From NCBI RefSeq assembly GCF_009914755.1, contig NC_060929.1: DNA of 64,000 bases; one strand, written 5' to 3'. Below the pieces are notes generated by a model. It was given only the letters and a program-made list of their open reading frames with translations, did not search any database and had not been told where the DNA came from. This DNA comes from the human T2T-CHM13v2.0 reference genome, Homo sapiens. Numbering within the stretch: the stretch's first letter is position 1; each line of letters opens with the position of its first letter. The translations under genes and the position numbers were made by a program. Positions 55,657 to 64,000 of this stretch are shown here, piece after piece.

Positions 55657-58600
55657 CTCTGATGGATTTGGATTTTCAAGTACATTGAAAACCTTCTGGA
55701 AATTATTCGCCACTCTAGATGCCATTAAGAACATGTGCAATTCATGGGAGGAGGTCAAAATATCAACATTAACAGGAGTGTGCAAGAGGTTGGTTCTAAA
55801 CTTCATGGATGACTCTGAGGGGTTCAAGTAACCACACATGTGGTAGAAATATCAAGAGAACTAGAGGTGGACCCTGAAGATGTGACTGAATTGCTACAAT
55901 CTCATGATACAACTTGAACAGATGAGGAGTTAATTCCCATGGATGAGCAAAAAATGGTTTCTTGAGATGGAATCTACTTCCAGTGAAGATACAGTGAACA
56001 TGGTTGAAATGACAAGAAAAGATTTAGAATATTACATAAACATTGTTGATATGGCAGTGGCAGGGTTTGAGAGGAGTGACTCTTATTTTGAAAGTTCTAC
56101 TGTGGGTAGAAACCTATCAAACAGCATCTTACCATGCTACTGAGAAATCTTTTTGTGAAAGTAAGAGTCAATCGATGTGGCAAACTTCACTGACTTATTT
56201 TAAGAAATGGCCACAGCCACCCGAACCTCCAACAACCACTACCCCAATCAGTCAGCAGCCATTAACACTGACAAGACCTTCCACCAGCAAAAAATTACTA
56301 GGTGAAGGCTGATTAGGCATCTCAGCACTTTTTAGCAATAAGGTTTGTTTTAAATAATGTATGCACATTTTTAGAAATAATGCTATGTATAGTTACTAGA
56401 CTACAGTATAGTATAAACAAAACTTTTACATGTACGGGGAAATCAAACAATGTGTGTGACTCACTTGTAGTATTTGTTTTATTGCAGTTGTCTGGAACCA
56501 AACCCACAGTATCTTCAAGGTATGCCTGTATTAGGGCTATATTTAGCTTTGTAAAAAACCGTCAAACCGTAACACTAAGTGGCTATGTTCCTGTTGCTCC
56601 ACATCCTCATCAGCCTTTGGTATTATATTTTAATTTTAGCCATTGTGGTAGGCACATAGTGATATCTCATTATTTAAATTTGGAATTCTCTAATGACATA
56701 CGATGTTGAACAACTTTTTCATGCTTATTTGCTATCTATATATCTTCTTTTGTGAGGTGCCTGCTCAGATCTTTTACCTACTTTTTAATTGGTTTTTCTT
56801 ATTGTTGACTTTTAAAGAGTTCATTGTATATTTTGGATACAAATCCTTTATCAGATATATTTTGCAAAGTTTTTATCCCAGATTGTGGCATATTTTTTCA
56901 TTTTAACAGTGTCCTTCACAGAGCGGTTTTTAATTTTAATAAAGTCCAACTAATTTTTTTCTTTCATGAATCATGCTTTTGGTGTTGTAGCTAAAAAGTC
57001 ATCGCCAAAGTCAGTGTCAGTCCTCTAACTTTGTTCTTCTTAAATATCTTAGCAGCTATTCTGGGTCGTTCCCTCATTAACTATAAAATTTTGTCAATAT
57101 CCACAAGTACCTTGCTGGGATTTTTATTGAGATTTCAATGAATCCGTAAAGTTAGGAAGACGTAACACCTTAAAAATATTTAGTCTTCCTACCCATGAAT
57201 ATGGAATATTATTCTACTTATTTCTATCTTCAATTTCTTTCATGAGACTTTTGTAGTTTTCCATATAGATCTTGTACAACGTTAATTTTGTTTCCTTCCT
57301 TCTTTCTTCTCTCTCTCTCTACTCTCTTTTGGTGCTAATGTAAATGTTTTAAATTTCTAATTCCAAATGTTCATCCCTGGTATATCTAAGAAAGTAATTC
57401 AATGTGTATGAACCATACATTCTCTGTAAACTTGCTATATTCAGGTTTTAGTTTCAAATTATTTTTTGTTGAGACATAGGAATTTTGTCTTATTGCATTA
57501 GAAAGAACTTCCAGTGCAACATTAAATAGGAATGATGCGATCTACTTGCCTTGTTTCTGTTCTTCAAGGGAAAGCATCTGATGTCCCACCATTAAGTATG
57601 TTGTTAGCTGTAGGTTTTTTGTAGATATTCTTTATGAAGTTGAGGGTTTTCTTATATTCCTAGCTGGCTGAGAGGTTTGTTTTTAATCACAAATAGATGT
57701 TGGCTTTTTTTGTCAAACGGCTTTTCTGCATGTATTGATATGATCATGACCTTACTCCTTTAGTGTGATAATGTAATGGACTGTATGAACTGATTTGTTG
57801 AACCAGCCTTGCATACCTGAAATAAATGCCACCTGACTGTGGTGTATAGTTTTTTGTTATATATTGTTATATTAGATTTGCTAATATTCTGTTGAGAATT
57901 TTTACAGCTATGTTCATGAGAGATACTAATCTGTAGTTGTCCTTTCTTGTAACATCTTTACCTAATTTTGTTATCAGGGTAATGCTGGCCTCACATAATC
58001 TTTTTTTTTTTTTTTTTTTTTTTTTAGTTTTTTTTGAGACGTAGTCTCACTTTGTCACCCAGGCTGGAGTGCAGTGGTGCAGTCTCAGCTCACTGCAACC
58101 TCCCCATCCCAGGGTTCAAGTGATTCTTTTGCCTCAGCCTCCCGAGTAGCTGGGATTACAGGCGCGTGCCACCACGCCTGGCTAATTTTTTAGTATTTTT
58201 AGTAGAGACGGGGTTTCACCATATTGGTCAGGCTAGTCTCAAACTCCTGGCCTCGTGATCCGCCCACCTCAGCCTCCCAAAGTGCTGGGATTACAGGCGT
58301 GAGCCATCGTGCTCAGCCTCACAGAGTGTGTTAAAGCATTTCCTCTGCTTCTATTTTCTAGAACAGACTGTACAAAATTGGCATCACTTGACAAAATTGG
58401 CATCACTTTCTCTTTGAATGGTAGAATTCACTAGTGAAGCCATCTGAGACCAGTGCTTTGTTTTGGAAGCTCATAATTGATTCAATTTATTTTATAAGTT
58501 TATGCAAGGCAGTTATTTCTCCTTGTGTGAGTTTTGGTAGGTTGCGTCTTTCACAAAATTGGTCCATTTCATCTGTTATCAAATTTGTACACTCAAGAGT

Positions 58601-58955
58601 TGCTCATAACATTCCTTTATTATCCTTCTAATGTCCTAATGTTCACAAGAAGAGTAATAATGGCACCTCTTTTCATTTCTGATTTTAGTAATTTTTGTTT
58701 TTTCTTTTGTTATGGCAAAAAGTTTTATAAATTTTAACTTTTCATTGAATTTCATTTGTTTCACTGAATTTCTCTATTGTTTTTGTTTCAATTTTATTGA
58801 TTTCTACTCTATTTCTTCTGCTTACTTTGGATTTAATTTGCTTTTTCTAATTTCCTAAAGTAGATGCTTATTGATTTTAGATCTTTAACATTTTCCAATA
58901 TATGCACTCAATACTATAAATTACCCTCTAGCCACTGCTTTTGCTGCATCTCAAA

Positions 58956-58987
<32 letters not shown>

Positions 58988-60647
58988 GAGACGGAGTCTT
59001 GCTCTGTCGCCCAAGCTGGAGTGCAGTGGCACAATCTCAGCTCACTGCAAGCTCCGCCTCCCGGGTTCAGGCCATCCTCCGCCTCAGCCTCCCAAGTAGC
59101 TGGGACTACAGGTGCCTGCCATCACGCCCGGCTAATTTTTTATATTTTAGTAGAGACGGGGTTTCACCACGTTAGCCAGGATGGTCTCGATCTCCTGACC
59201 TCGTGATCCACCCGACTCGGCCTCCCAACAAGTGCTGGGATTACAGGCATGAACCACCGCTTCCAGCCGCATCTCACAAATTTTGATAACTTGTAGTTTC
59301 ATTTATTTAGTTCAAAATATATTTTCTCGAGACTTCTTTGACCTATGTGTTTAGAAGTGTGTTCCTTAATCTACAAGTATTTTGGGATTTTCCAGGTATT
59401 TTCATTACTTATTTCTAGTTTAATTCCTTTGTAGTCAAAGACATAGCTTCTATGGTGTCTTTTTTGAAAAGAATAAGTTAATTACCCTTTTATCACCATA
59501 TATTGCCTCTCATTTTCCTTGTTCTGAAGTCAGCTTTGTATGAAATTAATATAGCTACTCCAGCTTTCTTTTGATGAGTATAGTTTCATATGTTAGTCTA
59601 TCTAGGCTACCCTAACAAAACACCATACACTAGGTGACTTAAGCAACAGAAATTTTCATTTTCTCAAATTTCTGAAGACGAAGTCTGGGATCAGGGTGTC
59701 AGCATAGTCAATTTCTGGGGAAGGCTCTCTCATTTGTAGACAGCTACCTTCTAGTTGTATCTTCACATGGCAAAGAGAGCAAGCTTTCTGTGTCCCTTCT
59801 TATAAGGGCACTAACCTTATGTTAGTCAGGGTGCCACCTAACCTTAATATCTTCCAAGATCCTGTCTCCAAACACTATCGCACTGGGGGTTAGGGCTTCA
59901 ACATATAAATCTGGGGAAGAGGGGAACATGAACATTCAGTCCATAACAAATGATGTATCTTTCTCCATCTCTGTATTTAAAGTGGATTTCTTGTTTAGTC
60001 GTTTTTTAATGCACTGTGGCAGTATCTGTGTATTTAGACAACTCACATTTAAACTGATTGATATAAATTACTATATTTGTTAATGTTTTCTATTAATCGA
60101 TCTTTTGTTCTTGTCTTCCACTTTTCTGCCTTCTCTAAGTTTAATCCAGCATCTTGTACAATTCCATTGTCTCTGCTCTCTTACCAGGATTAAACAGATA
60201 CGAACAATCCACCATCATGTGAATTGGCTCTCTGATTATTGCAAAACAAGATTCATTAAAATGGATGATCTTCTGGACACAGTCAAATGATGGAAGAGAA
60301 TAATCATAACGTAACATGAAAAATAATAGCATGTATCAAATAGTGGTTACCCCAAGGCAGAGAGGACCTGGATAGGAAATATCAAAGGAAATTTCAGTTT
60401 TATCTGTAGTATCTGCATTTTTTGTATAATCAAAAATAAGTTAAAAATTTTACATCTCTACATGCTAAAAAAAAAAGCAAGATTCCATCAAAACAAAGTT
60501 GTAGGATAAACAATAAACTAGGGAAAGTATTAAGAATATTAAAAATAAGCTATTAGCAACTTTTCACTTACTAATTTTTGAGTCAACATGTCATAAAATG
60601 CAATAAAGTATTTGATACACTCCATTTAGCAACTGGAAGCATATTGA

Positions 60648-61031
<384 letters not shown>

Positions 61032-61530
61032 TAATTAGCAAACACCAAAAGTGTTTTGCTAGTACTTCACGGACAACAGTACTACCTGCTCTGAAGAATT
61101 CTTGTCAGACCTACACTGCCATTTCTTCCCTCTCCAGTAACTTCAAAGAGTAAAAAGTTGCTCACTTCTTCAATATCCAACTGCAGTATTCTAGGAGGTA
61201 CTTTATATATTATCTTCCCCTAAAAGAGTTACGTTTCCTAAAATATAATAGTATTTGTATTTTCTACAGAGGGATTTGGTATACTTCAAATATTTGTTTA
61301 CTTTAGAAAATATGAAGTAATTAAGGTAAGCCAGAGACTTGGATAATATACAGTAGAAAGCGCTTTCAAGTAAAAAAATAAACAAATTTATCTTAGAAAA
61401 CTAATGATACTAAATGGATTTAGGATTCTCTAGTTTAGCTTGTTATGTAATACTAAATGAGTCCTATATCTTAGTTTATCGGCCTTTAAAAAACATTTGC
61501 TACTTATAAAAATATCCCACATCACTAATA

Positions 61531-62241
61531 GCTAGAGATTTTCAGAAATAATTTTATTTACAGAAAATTCACAGAGGATTAATAAAATGTCATGAATACA
61601 ATTTTGTTGGTAATAATTAGCAGAATCAAGAGTAGATTAATATATAAGGTAACATGATATATTAATAATACAAACTAAAATATCAATTTTATGCTAGCTT
61701 TATCCATTAGTTTTTCATATTCCAATTTTAAACAAATCTAGAAATAAGACAGTATATATGAAACAAATTTGCTAAATATTTTTAAATTATGCCACCTCAG
61801 ATATTACCTCAATTTTAAAACCATCTGTAAATTAAATGACCTTCCCATTATAATTTCTAAATATAAAGAAGCACCAGCTGGAACTCAAAATGCATAAAAG
61901 ATATTGTTATATATTTTAAGAAAATATTATATTAGCAATATCATAAATCAACAAAGAATCCAAAGAATATTGCATGAGGTAAGGTACATTAAATGTTTTA
62001 TGCCTAGAATATTATCTACCTGCATTCTTATCCATATAGTTTAAAACACTAAAGCACTCACTGAATAAGAAATGACCATTTAAAAATGAATAATAGATGG
62101 CAGCACATGCCATTGTGCAATAAAAGTAAGATGGCCTATGCGCATTAATTTGCAAATAATGTTTTTTATCCAAATAGTCCTGTGGTTCCAATATCCTTGA
62201 ATGATAAGAATTTTTACTGTGTGAAAAAAGAAAACATCCTT
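61531..62241 (-). other. CENPK: CENPK 3'UTR (end approximate)
   Basis: AT-rich, repeat-free sequence after the stop codon, ending ~20 nt past an AATAAA. Confidence 0.7.
61553..61558 (-). terminator. CENPK polyadenylation signal AATAAA
   Basis: tttatt on the + strand at 61553-61558. Confidence 0.65.
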
Positions 62242-62400
62242 TTACTGATGGAAAGCTTCTAATCTTATTCGGGTTGGATCTTCTGGATGTCTCAAGGCAA
62301 TTCCATTACGCAGCAGCAGCTCAACATAAGGTGGCCAAAAGGAATCACTAATTTTGACATATGGATCATGTGGAACATCAAATAATCTATTTATAAGAAT
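62242..62400 (-). CDS. CENPK: CENPK last coding exon (ILINRLFDVPHDPYVKISDSFWPPYVELLLRNGIALRHPEDPTRIRLEAFHQ*)
   Basis: Acceptor tttctcctag|ATT at 62400, TAA at 62244-62242; 52 codons plus stop; recognised as the centromere protein K C-terminus. Confidence 0.95.
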   Translation of the reverse strand: MLINRLFDVPHDPYVKISDSFWPPYVELLLRNGIALRHPEDPTRIRLEAFHQ

Positions 62401-63781
62401 CTAGGAGAAAATATCATTCAAAATATACTTTACTTGGGAAAAAGTCAATATAGCTATAAGAAAGTTTTTTGTCAAAGAATATTGACCTCTTTTCTTTTTC
62501 AACAACTGTTTAATACTTTTAATCTACAAATGTGAATTTCCTTTTTGAAAGGACTATGGGTATTAGCTAATGAAAAAAGCTTTAAAGTGAATTTTTGCAT
62601 CTTTAATTTAGAAAAACATTTCCTAAAAATTGGTTAGAAAGAATTTACAATCCTCCCACTTCTTTTGAGATTAATATCTTCTTTAGGATAAAGACAAAAA
62701 TCTTAAAAAATTAATATTTCACAAAAAACACAAAAAGTTAAAAAGAAAGTGAGCAAGTGTGTCTTAATATTTGAAGGAAAAATAACTGGTCCTGTCCCCC
62801 ACAAAACACCTATTCTTCTGATAAATCTTTGCAAGAGTCAATTTTATCATCATCACTTCCTTCAGCTTCATCCTGAGTATCCCTGATCTTCGTTAAGGAT
62901 ATTGTGGAATTAAAACCACAAATTGAGTTTTGAGTATTTGTATTAAATTATATAGGCTAGCATTTTCCAAACTGCATTCCATAGAATTAGTCTCCTAAAG
63001 ATGTTCTTAGTTCCTGAAAAACAAGGTTCTGTGATCAAACAAGCTTGGGAAAGCTAGCTAATGTGGATTGAGAATCAGCTGTCTTTCCCAAATGCACTGC
63101 TATTATAAAAGTTTTTTCAAGAAACAAATAGTTACAATTGTTTGAATACTAATGTTATGAAATACAGTGGAAAAACGCTAAATGTAGATCAATTATTATT
63201 TTGCCTCCTCAGCTATCTTCCGGTGCCTTCACAAATTACAAAACTAGAACTCAGAAGAGTTAAGAGATTCCTCAGGGGCACATAATCAGGGGTGGATCTT
63301 GGATTAGACTCCGTATCTCTGAATTGTCAGGCCAAATTTTTAACTGAAAGATGCTATTATTTTAAGGAACATGGAAAAGAGAATGCATAATTTATACAAT
63401 TACAAAGTGCCATAGAAATAAATCAAATTAATCCATCAAGCTCTAATCTCAATTAAATTTTATAATAATACCTTAGTTCTTGAAATAACATTTTCAACTA
63501 TCATTAATTATTTCAAGTCCCACATTCTGCAGGAAAAAAGCTTTGGCCTCATTTCTTTTGAGTATCATAATATAGAATTAAATATTATTTGTATTTTAGA
63601 GCAATGGCTTATTTTAGTACAAACAGCTTATTTTAGTACAAATCTTTCCTATTTTGCATTTCTAATTTTAATCATATTGTTTTATTTTTAACCTAACTGC
63701 AGTTTTAAGATTAGTTCCTTTATCACTGACAATATGAGCCTTGGAGACAAACTTAGGATTCTAATGCTAAGTTTTATATGC

Positions 63782-64000
63782 TGATATAGTTTAGGTGTGT
63801 CCCCTGCCAAATCTCATATTGAAATGTAATCCCCAATGTCGGAGGTGGAGCCTGGTGGGAGGTGATTGGATCATCAGGGTGAATTTCTCATGAATGCTTT
63901 AGCAAATCCCCTTGGTGCTGTCCTCATGATAGTGAGTTCTCGCAAGATCCGGCTGCTTAAAAGTGTGTGTGGTACCTTTCCCCCTCCCTCTTGCTCCCAC
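63782..64000 (+). mobile_element. MSTA-like MaLR LTR in the CENPK last intron (runs off the window)
   Basis: tgatatagtttagg...caaatctcatattgaaatgtaatcccc...gggaggtgattggatca. Confidence 0.8.

Noticed and set aside
62810-62932. Acidic coding-like frame on the minus strand (...DTQDEAEGSDDDKIDSCKDLSEE*) as an alternative CENPK last exon
   Set aside because: The nearest upstream AG lacks a pyrimidine tract and is followed by an in-frame TAA; more likely chance or an old transposon remnant.

Overview
Human genomic DNA, recognised from Alus and a human-specific pre-Ta L1. The protein sequences, recalled from memory, identify it as the ADAMTS6/CENPK interval (5q12). The left 26 kb holds the 5' end of ADAMTS6 on the minus strand: promoter near 25.7 kb, non-coding exon 1, and coding exons 2-4 (signal peptide and prodomain, 631 coding nt, all splice phases consistent). 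The right end holds the last exon and 3'UTR of CENPK, also on the minus strand. The ~36 kb between them is almost entirely transposable elements: Alus, old L1/L2, a solo LTR12C inserted in an Alu, a 5'-truncated HERVL with its MLT2A2 3' LTR, a truncated L1HS, and a nested Tigger1/MSTB/Alu/MER1 stack. Most notable: (1) the truncated HERVL is flanked by a ~237-bp direct duplication of host DNA instead of a 5-bp TSD; (2) two LTR promoters (MLT2A2 with DUX4-like motifs and a splice donor, and LTR12C) point toward ADAMTS6, whose ATG is in exon 2; (3) the pre-Ta L1HS has no TSD; (4) the ADAMTS6 5'UTR has 11 upstream AUGs. Repeat subfamily calls and boundaries are by eye against remembered consensus sequences and are approximate. 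Most ORFs in the supplied track are repeat-derived noise.
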